This document shows positions 19,042-29,546 of a DNA stretch of 64,000 nt, in pieces. Under the pieces are notes generated by a model that was given only the letters and a program-made list of their open reading frames with translations, was not told the origin of the DNA and searched no databases. Positions within the stretch are counted from its first letter, which is position 1. The number at the start of each line of letters is the position of its first letter. This DNA comes from an uncultured virus (IMG/VR IMGVR_UViG_3300038312_000089). Its lineage: Duplodnaviria; Heunggongvirae; Uroviricota; Caudoviricetes. The DNA lies in the IMG/VR virus record IMGVR_UViG_3300038312_000089, one strand, 5' to 3'. Made by a program: the position numbers and the translations under genes.

Positions 19042-19602
19042 ATGCCAAAAAACGAAGACCCTAAAAGCGAGATGCTTGACGCAGAGGCACAGGTTGCCGA
19101 TGTAGCGGTTGACGAAAAACAGCCTGAGACTTTTGACGAACAACGCGCAATGGAGCTCATTCGCAAACAGCGTGAAGAGTTGAAACAGGCGAAAAAGGAA
19201 GCGGCTGAACTGGAACGCTATCGCAAAGCGGAAGAGGCTCGCAAACAAGCGGAGATGTCAGAGACAGAACGCTTGAAGGCAGAACTTGACCAAATGCGAG
19301 GTGAATTGAAGGTGAAAGCCGTGCGCACAATGCAAATTGAGGTGGCGGCAAAACTGGGATTACCAACCGCATTATCTGACAGGCTTCATGGCGAGACGCT
19401 GGAAGAGATGGAAGAGGATGCAAAGGCAATTTTGGAACTGCTGCCCAAACAAAAAGCCGCACCGAATGCAGGCGCAACCAACCCGGGTGAGCAAGCCTCG
19501 AAAGAGGAAACGCGTGCACAAAAGCTAACGCGGCTAACCGGTGGTGAAGTTGACATCTGGAAGGGCGGCGGAATCAACTGGGGTCCAGACAACCCCTTGT
19601 AA
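19042..19602 (+). CDS. Head scaffolding protein
   Basis: Coiled coil; AEMSETERL, RLHGETLEEMEEDA; precedes the capsid gene. Confidence 0.8.
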   Translation: MPKNEDPKSEMLDAEAQVADVAVDEKQPETFDEQRAMELIRKQREELKQAKKEAAELERYRKAEEARKQAEMSETERLKAELDQMRGELKVKAVRTMQIEVAAKLGLPTALSDRLHGETLEEMEEDAKAILELLPKQKAAPNAGATNPGEQASKEETRAQKLTRLTGGEVDIWKGGGINWGPDNPL

Positions 19603-19615
19603 GGAGTAATACATT

Positions 19616-20455
19616 ATGCCCGCATCAACTTATGATGACATCAAAACTTTGGTCGCAAACGTTTACGAACTTGCGCTGTTTACCGCGCAGGAAGGCAACG
19701 TACTCGCACCGTTAGTCACAACTTTCGGCGACTATCAGGGTCTTGCACCCCGCGTCTACGGCGAATACAGCGGCGGCACTTTTAGTTCAATCGCTGGCAC
19801 TGTGGATATGACCGCTTCAACCTTCAGCGCGACCGCTGGGGGCACAATCACGCCTTCAACCTATGGGCAGCAAATCTCGTTGACCATGAACCGCATCAAG
19901 AGCGATCCTGCCGGCGCACAACGTGACGCAGGTCGTTATCTTGGTGAAACCGCTGCCGCCCACATTGACACCAACCTTGCTGGCACTTTTTCCGGCTTGA
20001 CCGGCGGCACCGTTGGCACTGCTGGCGGCACATTGACTTGGGCAAACATCTTCAACGCACAAGCTATTATGCGCGGGAACAAAATCTACGGTCGTTACTC
20101 GGTCGCGCTCCACCCGATGCAATGGTATTACCTGACCAGTGCGTCAACTGGCGTGCCTACTCTCATGCAGAGCGAGGATCTGAAGAACCGCTTTATGAGC
20201 GGGTTTTACCAGGCGTCGCTTGACAACATGGACTTCTTCGTTGACGCGAACATCGCAGCTGGTACTGCATCAATTGGTGCAATGTTCAGCAAGGAAGCCC
20301 TTGCCCTTGACATTCGTCAGGGGTTCACCATCAACCCGCAATGGGATGCCTCATACGCCGGTGTCGGCGCATGGGAGCTCAACGCTTCAATGGTCTACGG
20401 CTTCGGCGTATATCGCCCGACCTACGGCGTACAGCTCAAGGGTAAAGCAACCTAA
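19616..20455 (+). CDS. Major capsid protein
   Basis: Position after scaffold, 279 aa, LHPMQWYYL and MVYGFGVYRP. Confidence 0.85.
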   Translation: MPASTYDDIKTLVANVYELALFTAQEGNVLAPLVTTFGDYQGLAPRVYGEYSGGTFSSIAGTVDMTASTFSATAGGTITPSTYGQQISLTMNRIKSDPAGAQRDAGRYLGETAAAHIDTNLAGTFSGLTGGTVGTAGGTLTWANIFNAQAIMRGNKIYGRYSVALHPMQWYYLTSASTGVPTLMQSEDLKNRFMSGFYQASLDNMDFFVDANIAAGTASIGAMFSKEALALDIRQGFTINPQWDASYAGVGAWELNASMVYGFGVYRPTYGVQLKGKAT

Positions 20456-20557
20456 AAATTGACTTGATGGGCAAGGATAGAGCGTATACCTCGACAAACG
20501 GCATGCTCCACCGCTTCCTTGCCCTACTGGAGCGCAAGCTGGAGGCTTGAAAAAGAC

Positions 20558-21742
20558 ATGAGAATCAACTGGTTTAGCAATTCACCGGCAGCCTGCACTG
20601 GGTATGGTTGCCAAACAAAAACATTCACACCGCGTCTGGCGAAGTTATTGGACGGCGGTATCTCGATTACAGCATTCTACGGCGTACAAAGCGGTGTACT
20701 GAATATCAACGGTATCAAAGTTTATCCGAGTTTCAAACACCCTTATGGGCAAGATGTTATCGGTGCGCATGCTGTTTGGGATCAGGCGGACGCGGTGATT
20801 ACTTTGCTGGACATTTGGGTGGTGCAGTCTGAAAACATTCCGATGCCCTGGTTCCCCTGGTATCCGATTGATCACGAGCCGATGCCGGACAACGTACTCG
20901 CATCGGCTCGCAAGGCGACCAAAGGGATTGTAATGAGCAAGTTTGGTAAGCGCATGGCAGAGCAAGCAGGACTTGACGTTTGGTATGTACCTCACGGCGT
21001 GGATACAAAAATATTCAAACCGGTGGATAGAGTAGAAGCACGTGAGCACGTTGGCTGGGATCAGGACAAATTCATTGTCGGCATGGTCGCAGCGAATAAA
21101 GGAAACCCGTCACGCAAGGCGTTCTATGAGCAAATAGCCGCCTTTGCTGCCTTGCACGCCGCCCACCCTGACACGATGCTTTATTTGCACACCGATGATG
21201 GTACTCACGGCGGTGATGTTGTGAACCTCATCAAGTTTATCAACCGAATGGGATTGAAGATCGGTGAAGACGTAAAGATATGCGACCAATATATGTACGG
21301 GTTAGGCTTTCCTGACGAGTACATGGTTGACATATACAACGGGATGGATGTACTCACAAACGTTGCGCTGGGTGAAGGATTTGGCATTCCGATTCTCGAA
21401 GCGCAAGCCTGCGGAACGCCGGTGATTGTTGGCGACTGGACTTCGATGAGCGAGTTGTGTTTTGCGGGCTGGAAGGTGCTAAAAGAAGAAGCGCTGCCGG
21501 TCTATCACGACTTCTTTGACGCGTTCCAATGGCAGGCGACCACAGCGGCAATCTACGACCGCATGGAACAAGCCTATGCAGCGAAGGGCGATTATGAGTT
21601 GCGCAATCAGGCAAGACGCGGCGCACTGCCATACGATGCCGATGATGTTACCAGACAGTACTGGAAGCCGGTATTGAAAGAGATGGAACAGATTATCAAG
21701 GCTGGCAATCCTATTAGTTTTGAAGACGCGGTAAAAGCGTGA
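20558..21742 (+). CDS. GT-B (family 4-like) glycosyltransferase
   Basis: TGYG, VPHGVD, GEGFGIPILEAQACGTPVI. Confidence 0.9.
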   Translation: MRINWFSNSPAACTGYGCQTKTFTPRLAKLLDGGISITAFYGVQSGVLNINGIKVYPSFKHPYGQDVIGAHAVWDQADAVITLLDIWVVQSENIPMPWFPWYPIDHEPMPDNVLASARKATKGIVMSKFGKRMAEQAGLDVWYVPHGVDTKIFKPVDRVEAREHVGWDQDKFIVGMVAANKGNPSRKAFYEQIAAFAALHAAHPDTMLYLHTDDGTHGGDVVNLIKFINRMGLKIGEDVKICDQYMYGLGFPDEYMVDIYNGMDVLTNVALGEGFGIPILEAQACGTPVIVGDWTSMSELCFAGWKVLKEEALPVYHDFFDAFQWQATTAAIYDRMEQAYAAKGDYELRNQARRGALPYDADDVTRQYWKPVLKEMEQIIKAGNPISFEDAVKA

Positions 21743-22206
21743 GCACACTGCATTTAGGCTGTGGTATCAGACCGCTCGAAGGCGCAATCAATCACGACCT
21801 CGAAAAACACTCTGATTTTGTGGATGTAGTTTGGGATTTAGACGTTACGCCCTGGCCGTGGCAGGACGAGGAATTTGACAAGATTATCGCGTTAGATGTG
21901 CTTGAGCACCTGAAGCGGGAAGTCTACGAATGGCTTGACGAATGCTGGCGGATATTGAAGCCAGGAGGACTACTCGTTATGCGCTTGCCCGCTTGGGATC
22001 ACGAATGCGGGCATAGAGACCCAACACACCGGATGTTCTTCCACCCTGAAACGTTTGCTTACTGGGATAAACGTACTGAATGGCACAAAAACTATGGCTG
22101 GTATTACTACCGCAAAAGCAACAAATGGTGGGTGACTGAAACGGTTGAGCGGCGGGATGCCGGCGCAAACTGGTTCTACGTCTTGCGAAAAGAGGCGGAG
22201 GAATAA
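21739..22206 (+). CDS. Class I SAM-dependent methyltransferase-like protein
   Basis: LHLGCG, VLEHL, WRILKPGG, DPTH. Confidence 0.85.
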   Translation: MSTLHLGCGIRPLEGAINHDLEKHSDFVDVVWDLDVTPWPWQDEEFDKIIALDVLEHLKREVYEWLDECWRILKPGGLLVMRLPAWDHECGHRDPTHRMFFHPETFAYWDKRTEWHKNYGWYYYRKSNKWWVTETVERRDAGANWFYVLRKEAEE

Positions 22207-22209
22207 AAA

Positions 22210-22782
22210 ATGGCACGAGCAGGAATGCAAACATTGATTGACACGGTGCGGGGGTACGCCAACGCCGCGACGGATGAGTGGACGGTCACAACCGATTCCA
22301 GCCTGGTTGAGTATTGGAGCGATGAAGAAATCCAGCGCGTGTTGGACCGGCACAAGACCGAGTACATTCACGAGCCGCTTGAACCGATCACCTCTTATTC
22401 GTCAGGCAGCGCGGTCATGTTGCGTTATAGCACCGGCGTTCACAATCTCGAAGGTGGAACGGAATTCAAGGTCGAAGACGTGAGCGGTACTGTGACACCC
22501 GCCTCGGTTGATTATGCGCGTGGCATTGTGACATTCTCGACCGACCAAAGCGGGAAATCCTACTGGTGGAGCGGGTATGAATATGACTTGCACGCCGCCG
22601 CTGCTGACATATGGCGGATGAAAGCGTCTCACGTGGCAGGGCTGGTTGACTTCTCGACAGACGGGCACTCGATTAAGCGAAGTCAACAGGCGCAGCAATA
22701 TCTGAATATGGCGCAATACTACCAACAGAGATCAACGACTGAGAGTGTCCAAACCGCGCGGATTGTGAGAGATGACCTATGA
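22210..22782 (+). CDS. Head-tail adaptor
   Basis: Gene order; YDLHAAAADIWRMKA...FSTDG. Confidence 0.65.
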   Translation: MARAGMQTLIDTVRGYANAATDEWTVTTDSSLVEYWSDEEIQRVLDRHKTEYIHEPLEPITSYSSGSAVMLRYSTGVHNLEGGTEFKVEDVSGTVTPASVDYARGIVTFSTDQSGKSYWWSGYEYDLHAAAADIWRMKASHVAGLVDFSTDGHSIKRSQQAQQYLNMAQYYQQRSTTESVQTARIVRDDL

Positions 22783-23144
22783 GCATTGGCTTGACCGTCA
22801 AAGAGTTGGCTCAAATGCGAGAGGATATCGAAGACTTGATGCCCAGTGTTTGTGACATTTTGAGCGTGGCTTACACCTCGGACGGCGAAGGTGGAATGAG
22901 CGAGGCGTGGGGTACGGCAATTGCGGATGTGAAGTGCCGGCTCGACTATCGTTCCGGCTCTGAAAAAGTGACAGGCGGCGCGGTGCAATCGTATAGCAAG
23001 GCCGTGTTGAGTCTGCCTTATGGCACAGCAATCACAACCAGCCATCGGGTCAAGATTGACAGCGCGGTTTGGTCTGTGAAAAGCGTGAACGAAAAGCAGA
23101 GTTGGGATGCCGTGAGACGGGCTGAATTGGAGCGTGTGCGATGA
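22779..23144 (+). CDS. Head closure protein
   Basis: SDGEGG..W motif; gene order. Confidence 0.7.
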   Translation: MSIGLTVKELAQMREDIEDLMPSVCDILSVAYTSDGEGGMSEAWGTAIADVKCRLDYRSGSEKVTGGAVQSYSKAVLSLPYGTAITTSHRVKIDSAVWSVKSVNEKQSWDAVRRAELERVR

Positions 23145-23467
23145 GCATAAGCGTGAGCGTGGATACAACAAAGATAAATGAATTGCTTGCTACGATTCCA
23201 GGGAATAAGAACAAGGCAGTAAGAGAAGCGGCGAATTATATCTTGGGCGAAGCTCGGACACTTGCGCCAGTTCGTACTGGTTACTTGAAAAGCAATAGCG
23301 AAGTAGAGGGTGAAGGCGGTAACTCGCTAATCAAGTTCAACGCTGAATATGCCGCTTACGTAGAGTTGGGCACTCGGAAAATGGCGGCTCAACCGTTCCT
23401 AACACCGGCAGTTGATAGAGGTGGGGAGCGATTGACCGCATTACTGGCAGAAGGGCTGTTCAAATGA
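23141..23467 (+). CDS. HK97 gp10-like tail completion protein
   Basis: APVRTGYL, YAAYVELGTRKMAAQPFLTPA. Confidence 0.9.
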   Translation: MSISVSVDTTKINELLATIPGNKNKAVREAANYILGEARTLAPVRTGYLKSNSEVEGEGGNSLIKFNAEYAAYVELGTRKMAAQPFLTPAVDRGGERLTALLAEGLFK

Positions 23468-23874
23468 CATCACCTTACAACGAACTCAATGCAGCAATTT
23501 ACACGCAATTATCAGGCGGTACGGTGCTCACAAACGCGCTGGGTGGCACCTGTATCTATCACGGCGTTGCGCCTGAAGGGGCTGCCTTACCTTACGTTGT
23601 TTGGAGTTATGCCGCTGGAGGTGCTGACAACTTCACACCGCGAGAAAGCGTGCAACACGTAATTTATGTCAGAGCTTATGCCGATGATGCAAAAGAAGCG
23701 GCAACAATTGACGGGCATATCAACAACCTGCTCAATGGGACATTATCCGTGACCAACTGGAACAACTTTTGGCTGGCACGTGAAGAAGATTTTTTACTGC
23801 CAGAAATTGACGAGGCAGGAAAACATACGTGGGCTTGCGGTGCTTATTACCGCGTGCGCATGGACAAATCATAA
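23464..23874 (+). CDS. Tail terminator protein
   Basis: Gene order; APEGAALPYVV. Confidence 0.7.
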   Translation: MTSPYNELNAAIYTQLSGGTVLTNALGGTCIYHGVAPEGAALPYVVWSYAAGGADNFTPRESVQHVIYVRAYADDAKEAATIDGHINNLLNGTLSVTNWNNFWLAREEDFLLPEIDEAGKHTWACGAYYRVRMDKS

Positions 23875-23892
23875 AAGTCATAGGAGAAAACA

Positions 23893-24291
23893 ATGGCTGA
23901 AATTACTGGAAAAAACTTAGTAGCACAATGGGTTAGCGGCGGTGGAACAATCTTACTCAATGCAGATTTCCGCACGCTCTCAATCAATCCGAACATTGAC
24001 CTTGCGGAAACTACTGCCGGTGCCGATGCTGACAAGACCTACATCGCCACAATCAAGGATGCCACAATCGAATGGTCTGGCTTGTACCAGTCAAAGGGCA
24101 CGGCTCTAATGAACGCGCTTGAAGCAGGCACGGGCGGCACGTTGATTATCTATCCTGAAGGTACTGCAACCGGCTATCCGAAAGAAACCTACCCTGCAAT
24201 CGCAATGGGCGCAAAGATGAACCTGCCTTATGCAGACGTAGTTGAAATCAGTTGTACGTTCCAGAAGAACGGCGCAAAGACGGTGGCGTAA
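23893..24291 (+). CDS. Major tail tube protein
   Basis: Gene order; AETTAGAD, IYPEG. Confidence 0.7.
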   Translation: MAEITGKNLVAQWVSGGGTILLNADFRTLSINPNIDLAETTAGADADKTYIATIKDATIEWSGLYQSKGTALMNALEAGTGGTLIIYPEGTATGYPKETYPAIAMGAKMNLPYADVVEISCTFQKNGAKTVA

Positions 24292-24293
24292 CG

Positions 24294-24721
24294 ATGGTTG
24301 AACTTAGTAACGGAGCAAAGATTGAGTACGACTGGAGCGCTATCACCCAAAAGGAATGGCGGGTATTGATCGATAAGGAAACCGACGAGGACACCAACGA
24401 CATTATCGTTGGCAAGCTGGTTGGAATGACCGCCGATGAGCTCTCCGATCTGAGCCCGATTGACTATCGCAAGATCGCAGTCGGTATTTGGGAATCATTC
24501 AAGGAAGCCAGCGATTTAGACAACTCAAAAAACTAAGCGGGCGCGTCTACATGGCGGTTGTCAAGAAACAAGGGATGCCCTGGGAGTTCTGGCGATGGGA
24601 ACTTGTGAAAGAGACTGGGTGGACGTTGGAATATGTAGACGCGCTCTCAGTTGCCGATATGAATGAGTGGCTGCAAGTGAGAGACGGATTGGGGAAAGCG
24701 AAAAGGACATTGGTGAAATAA
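24294..24721 (+). CDS. Tail assembly chaperone pair with programmed -1 frameshift (G: 24294..24536)
   Basis: Slippery A AAA AAC at 24527..24533 before TAA; the -1 frame stays open to 24721 (GWTLEYVDAL). Confidence 0.8.
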
Positions 24722-26764
24722 ATGGCGATGCAGGTAGCAAGTCTTTTCGCAAGTATTGGTGCTGAAACTTCCGGGCTTGAGAAGGGGTTAAGTAATGCGG
24801 AATCCTCAATTCAGAAAACCGCGAAAAGCATCAATAAGTTCGGCGATGGATTCGATAATTCACTGAAGGGAATGGGGCAAGGCGCGGTTGCATTCGGGCA
24901 AGACTGGTTAAAAACGATGGGAGCAATCGGCACGGCGGCTGCTCCAGCTATAGCGACAGTGGTCGCATTAAAAAAAGTGCTTGACTTTTCTCACGAAGGC
25001 GCACAACTTCAGCGTCTTGAAGACACCTCATATTCATTAGCAAAATCAATGGGCATGGATATGAATAACATTATGAATTCTGTCCGATCTGCTTCCCTCG
25101 GCATGGTGTCTGATTCTGACATAATGCAGTCGTCAGCGCGTGCAATGATGTTAGGCGTAGGGAACAGCGCTGAACAAATTGCTCAATTGATGGAGGTCGC
25201 GGCTATGCGCGGCAGGGCGATGGGGATTTCAACCACGCAAGCCTTCAACGACATCATTACTGGTATCGGGCGAATGAGTCCGTTGATTCTTGATAACCTC
25301 GGTATTGTCACTGGCGGTCAAAAAACATTTGATGATTATGCAAGAAGTATCGGGAAAGTCACCGATGCTTTGACGGATGCCGAAAGAAAACAAGCCTTGA
25401 TCAATAAGGCAATTGAGGGCACTGCACCTCTTTTGGAAGCAGAAGGCGGATTGGCGAGAGATGTCGCAGGCAATTGGGAGTATGCGACCGCTCAAATCAA
25501 GACTTACATCGACACACTAAAAAAAGCGATGGCGCTTGAGCGAGGCGGCGAAGGCGGGTTTGACTATGCTAACGGGATGCCAGTTGGGAAAACTGGCGGG
25601 ATGGGTTACATAGAGGGTATCGGTCTTGCCTTCGAGCGGGCGAACATTGATAAACAAAACAAGGATTTGATAGCCCTCGCGGTAAGCATCGGGCTCGTCT
25701 CAGAAGCCGAACAGACCTGGGCTAACATGCCGATTATTGGAACGCGAGATGAACGTGCAAGTTGGGTCGCATCACTGATGCCTGCGCTGAATGAATACAA
25801 CCGGCTTGTTACTGAAACCGGAATGTCATCTACCAAAGCAGCGGAGCAAGTGAAATTTCTTTACGAAACCTATGGTACAGGTGCATTTATTAGCAACGCT
25901 GACGAATGGGCTGCTGCAAATGACCGTGTTTGGATGTCTATGGACTCTACTACACAATCTACAAATCAGATGTCAGAGGCTGCGCTCGCTTACCAAATAA
26001 GGTTGAGGCAATGGCGCATTGAATTAGCGGAAACCGCGCAAGTCTTGCGCGAAGATCTTGCAGATGCTTACACAACGGTCGCGCAAGCAGAGCAAGAATG
26101 GAGGCTCGGCGTTAGCGGTGATCTAAAAGGCAGACTGGACGAAGAGTGGGAAAGCGGAAAAATAGGCATCGATAAGTACAAGTCATCGTTGGATATACTC
26201 GACAAAACGTATGGCACGAATTATGTCATGCAGTTTGAAATGAAAATGGAGCTTGACGACCTGTTCAAGACATTGCTTGAAAATCCAGAAGAGTTTGCAG
26301 AAAAAGCGAAAGCATTTGAAGACGTGTTTATGCCGTTAGATTCGTCTGTTCAAAATGCGATGGCAGCCGTTGGCAACCTTCAAAAGCAATTGTCAGCATT
26401 GGAACGTACCTACAACGCAAAAATAAATATTGTCATTGCGACCTACGGGGCGGGTGTCGGCGGCAACTTAGGCGACTTGGGCGGTGACTTAGGTGGTTTA
26501 GGCGGAAGTGAAGGCGGAGACAGTGTAACACCAGGATTGAATGCAATGGGCGGGTACGAGTTAGCAGGTCAACCTTACATTGTTGGTGAAGCAGGCCCAG
26601 AGTTGTTTATCCCTGACGTGAACGGAAGGGTATATAGCAACGCGTCAAGCAGCGCGATGTTAGGCGGTGATAACAGCGATCTGCTCGCGGCATTAGGCAA
26701 ACTACCGAGCGCGTCTGATATTGCAATGGCAGTCAGAGACGCTTTGTTGATGGTGGGCGCGTGA
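24722..26764 (+). CDS. Tape measure protein (phage A)
   Basis: 680 aa, Ala/Gly-rich, ILDNLGI, C-terminal YIVGEAGPELFIP. Confidence 0.9.
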   Translation: MAMQVASLFASIGAETSGLEKGLSNAESSIQKTAKSINKFGDGFDNSLKGMGQGAVAFGQDWLKTMGAIGTAAAPAIATVVALKKVLDFSHEGAQLQRLEDTSYSLAKSMGMDMNNIMNSVRSASLGMVSDSDIMQSSARAMMLGVGNSAEQIAQLMEVAAMRGRAMGISTTQAFNDIITGIGRMSPLILDNLGIVTGGQKTFDDYARSIGKVTDALTDAERKQALINKAIEGTAPLLEAEGGLARDVAGNWEYATAQIKTYIDTLKKAMALERGGEGGFDYANGMPVGKTGGMGYIEGIGLAFERANIDKQNKDLIALAVSIGLVSEAEQTWANMPIIGTRDERASWVASLMPALNEYNRLVTETGMSSTKAAEQVKFLYETYGTGAFISNADEWAAANDRVWMSMDSTTQSTNQMSEAALAYQIRLRQWRIELAETAQVLREDLADAYTTVAQAEQEWRLGVSGDLKGRLDEEWESGKIGIDKYKSSLDILDKTYGTNYVMQFEMKMELDDLFKTLLENPEEFAEKAKAFEDVFMPLDSSVQNAMAAVGNLQKQLSALERTYNAKINIVIATYGAGVGGNLGDLGGDLGGLGGSEGGDSVTPGLNAMGGYELAGQPYIVGEAGPELFIPDVNGRVYSNASSSAMLGGDNSDLLAALGKLPSASDIAMAVRDALLMVGA

Positions 26765-28416
26765 AATTCGACAGCATAGCGTGTGAATTCAGGCTTCAGG
26801 ACGCGTGGGTTGATCTGAACCAATACCGGCTTCAGGCAGCGGGCATAAACGCGTCAACGGGCATTCGCAGCAGCAGACCGATCGACCGGGTGGCTTCAAC
26901 GGGTCAACTGACGCTTGTACTGCACAACGTCAATAATCTGTTCACTCCGGGTCACGTCAACTGTATGCCTGGATTCCAGTCGGGAATGCGGTTCAGACTT
27001 GCGTTTACCTACGAGGGGCGAAGAATGACCCGTTTTTACGGCATTGTACCGCCTGATGGCATTGAGATAGGCACAACGCAGTTCATGACGGTGACAAGGG
27101 TCAAAGTGCTCGATTATATGGAGCAGTTTGCGGTGCATCAACTTAACCTGCCAGCCTACACAACCAACAAACGGTTGGAGCAGGTGGTTGCCTTGATCCT
27201 TGCCAATATGCCGGTCAAACCGCTCTCAGTTTCGTATGGCACGGGCAAGTCAACGTTTGCAAGTGTGTTTGATACCTTGCGGGATAAGACCCGCGCAATG
27301 CAGGAAGTCAGTAAGGCGACACTGTCCGAGTTGGGTTACGTCTACCTGAAACAGACCAATGACTGTGATGAGGTGCTGACAGTCGAGAATAGGGGGCAGC
27401 GAAGCGGTAAAACGTTGGCAAAAGTCAACGTACGGACTACAACAGTGACAGACACCCGTATAACGCAAGCCGGCGATGTCCGAATTACAGAAGACGGCGA
27501 CACTCGCGTTCTGCAGCCTGAGTTTACAACGGTTGATGCCGTGTTCAATAACAACTTCCGCTCGGTTGTTGTAAAGCATGCGGAGGCTTATTACAACCAG
27601 GTTGACACGAAAGCTTATCCGCGCAAGATAGACACAAGTAATGTGATTCTGTTTTCGCTCGAACGCGCATTAGAGGTCGGAGCGAATCAGACTGTCACCA
27701 TGAAGGGGCGATTCAGAGATCCGAACCAGGAAGCGCAAACAGTGGCGGCTCTATCCACTGTTACGCCGGTTGCCGGCACAGACTACATCTTCAATGCGGC
27801 GGAGGATGGGTCGGGTGCAAATATCACGGCTGATCTGCAAGTGACGGCGGTCTATGGCGCAAATGGTGTAGATTACACGCTCACAAACAAAGGCTCAATA
27901 ACCGGCTATGTCACGCAGTTGCTGGCACGGGGCAAAGGCGTTTATATCTATCGCCCCGTCGAAAAAACGACAGAGGATTCAGCACTGGTTGCCACTGATG
28001 GGGCACGAACGCTCAACCTCGACTTGTTATATCAGGATAACACCCTTCAAACGGTTGACATCGGTTCGGCGCTACTCGCAAAGCATAAGCAGAAATACAC
28101 GACCGTTCAGAGCATAACGCTTGTTGCCAACAGAGATGATACCTCCTATCCGAACGCTTATAGAGGTTACTACAAAGACTTTCTGCTCAATGCGTTCCTG
28201 GATCTGAACATCGGTGACAAGATAAAAATCATCGTACCGAGCGCGGGCATTGATCAGGATTATTTTATCCAGTCGATCGATTTTTCAGTCACGTCTGGCG
28301 ACATCGTCACTTATTCATACGGGCTACAGAATTCGATGTACGAAACATACGACGCCTGGATTCTTGGTGACGCGACCTACGGCGTGCTGGATACCACCAC
28401 GATCTTGGGTTATTAG
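26761..28416 (+). CDS. Tail tip/hub protein
   Basis: Follows TMP; ends WILGDATYGVLDTTTILGY. Confidence 0.65.
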   Translation: MKFDSIACEFRLQDAWVDLNQYRLQAAGINASTGIRSSRPIDRVASTGQLTLVLHNVNNLFTPGHVNCMPGFQSGMRFRLAFTYEGRRMTRFYGIVPPDGIEIGTTQFMTVTRVKVLDYMEQFAVHQLNLPAYTTNKRLEQVVALILANMPVKPLSVSYGTGKSTFASVFDTLRDKTRAMQEVSKATLSELGYVYLKQTNDCDEVLTVENRGQRSGKTLAKVNVRTTTVTDTRITQAGDVRITEDGDTRVLQPEFTTVDAVFNNNFRSVVVKHAEAYYNQVDTKAYPRKIDTSNVILFSLERALEVGANQTVTMKGRFRDPNQEAQTVAALSTVTPVAGTDYIFNAAEDGSGANITADLQVTAVYGANGVDYTLTNKGSITGYVTQLLARGKGVYIYRPVEKTTEDSALVATDGARTLNLDLLYQDNTLQTVDIGSALLAKHKQKYTTVQSITLVANRDDTSYPNAYRGYYKDFLLNAFLDLNIGDKIKIIVPSAGIDQDYFIQSIDFSVTSGDIVTYSYGLQNSMYETYDAWILGDATYGVLDTTTILGY

Positions 28417-28425
28417 GAGACAACT

Positions 28426-28926
28426 ATGACATATACAACACCACGAACGTGGGTAACAGGCGAAACCGTCACAGCGGCAATGATGAACGCACAAGTCAGT
28501 GGGAATGTGGCTCACATTTATGAACTGGCACGAACAAGAACCATCACGATTGAAGCAGTGGGCGTTGAAGAACCAACCTATAAAGGGACGGTACACAGAT
28601 ATGTTATTCCAAGCGCATTTAATGGCGGAGTCATCACAGCGGCTGACATGGCAATAGCAACCGCAGGCACGGCGGGAACGGTCATCATGCAGTTGGAACG
28701 GGACAGGGGCGGCACGGTACGCAAACTGCTATCAACCACAGTAGTTGTTGACCCTACCGAGCGGACATCTTACACCGGTCGAAGCGGTGTTATTGACACG
28801 ACCTATGCCACGCTTGCGACAGGTGACTGGCTAAACGTTGTGCTTACTGATCACGGCGGGGGAACGGTGAGTGCAAACGGCGGGCAAAAGGGATTGTACG
28901 CAATTGTGACAGTGAGTATCACCTAA
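28426..28926 (+). CDS. Minor tail protein
   Basis: TYTTPRTWVTGETVTAAMMN start typical of tail-fibre adaptors. Confidence 0.6.
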   Translation: MTYTTPRTWVTGETVTAAMMNAQVSGNVAHIYELARTRTITIEAVGVEEPTYKGTVHRYVIPSAFNGGVITAADMAIATAGTAGTVIMQLERDRGGTVRKLLSTTVVVDPTERTSYTGRSGVIDTTYATLATGDWLNVVLTDHGGGTVSANGGQKGLYAIVTVSIT

Positions 28927-29537
28927 TGATAGTCAACACATCTAACGTTGATTTTGTGATCACACCTGCCTTCACATTGCCGACTGGTACACACCGATAT
29001 GTGCTGTTTATGATCGGTGATATGGGCAACGCGAGTTCTTACTTTCCGAACTCCGTAGACATTGCAGGCACAGCGGCAACGATGATCACAAAAACAGAGC
29101 CAACCGCAGAAGCGGCTCAAATTTGGGGAGCGAACATTCCTGACAGCGTAGCGGCTGGCTCTTACACGATCACGTTTGACGGCACAAGTTTTCAGCGTTT
29201 TCATATCGCCGTATTTACCGGCGTAAGCAGTGATCCAGTTGTTGACTCGGATTCATTCCGCAACGGGAATTCAGACAGTGATGGTGATAGTTTGACGGTT
29301 GATTGTGTCGGCGGGGGCTGGGTGCACGACATTGTTTGGGCAGGCGCAGCGAAAACCAACGATGGGGCGCAAACCGGTATTTACAACGTCACTGGCAGAG
29401 CTGGTATCAGTTACAAAAGCGGGCTGGCTCACGGCACTACCTCGATGAGTTGGACGTGGACGGACTCCCGCTCCGCTCACGCGGTTGTATCACTCAGGCC
29501 GTTCCGTGCTACTGCCGGCGGCGTAGTTATTTTTTAG
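28926..29537 (+). CDS. Minor tail/receptor-binding protein
   Basis: Thr/Ser/Gly-rich beta composition; gene order. Confidence 0.5.
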   Translation: MIVNTSNVDFVITPAFTLPTGTHRYVLFMIGDMGNASSYFPNSVDIAGTAATMITKTEPTAEAAQIWGANIPDSVAAGSYTITFDGTSFQRFHIAVFTGVSSDPVVDSDSFRNGNSDSDGDSLTVDCVGGGWVHDIVWAGAAKTNDGAQTGIYNVTGRAGISYKSGLAHGTTSMSWTWTDSRSAHAVVSLRPFRATAGGVVIF

Positions 29538-29546
29538 GAGAGCACT

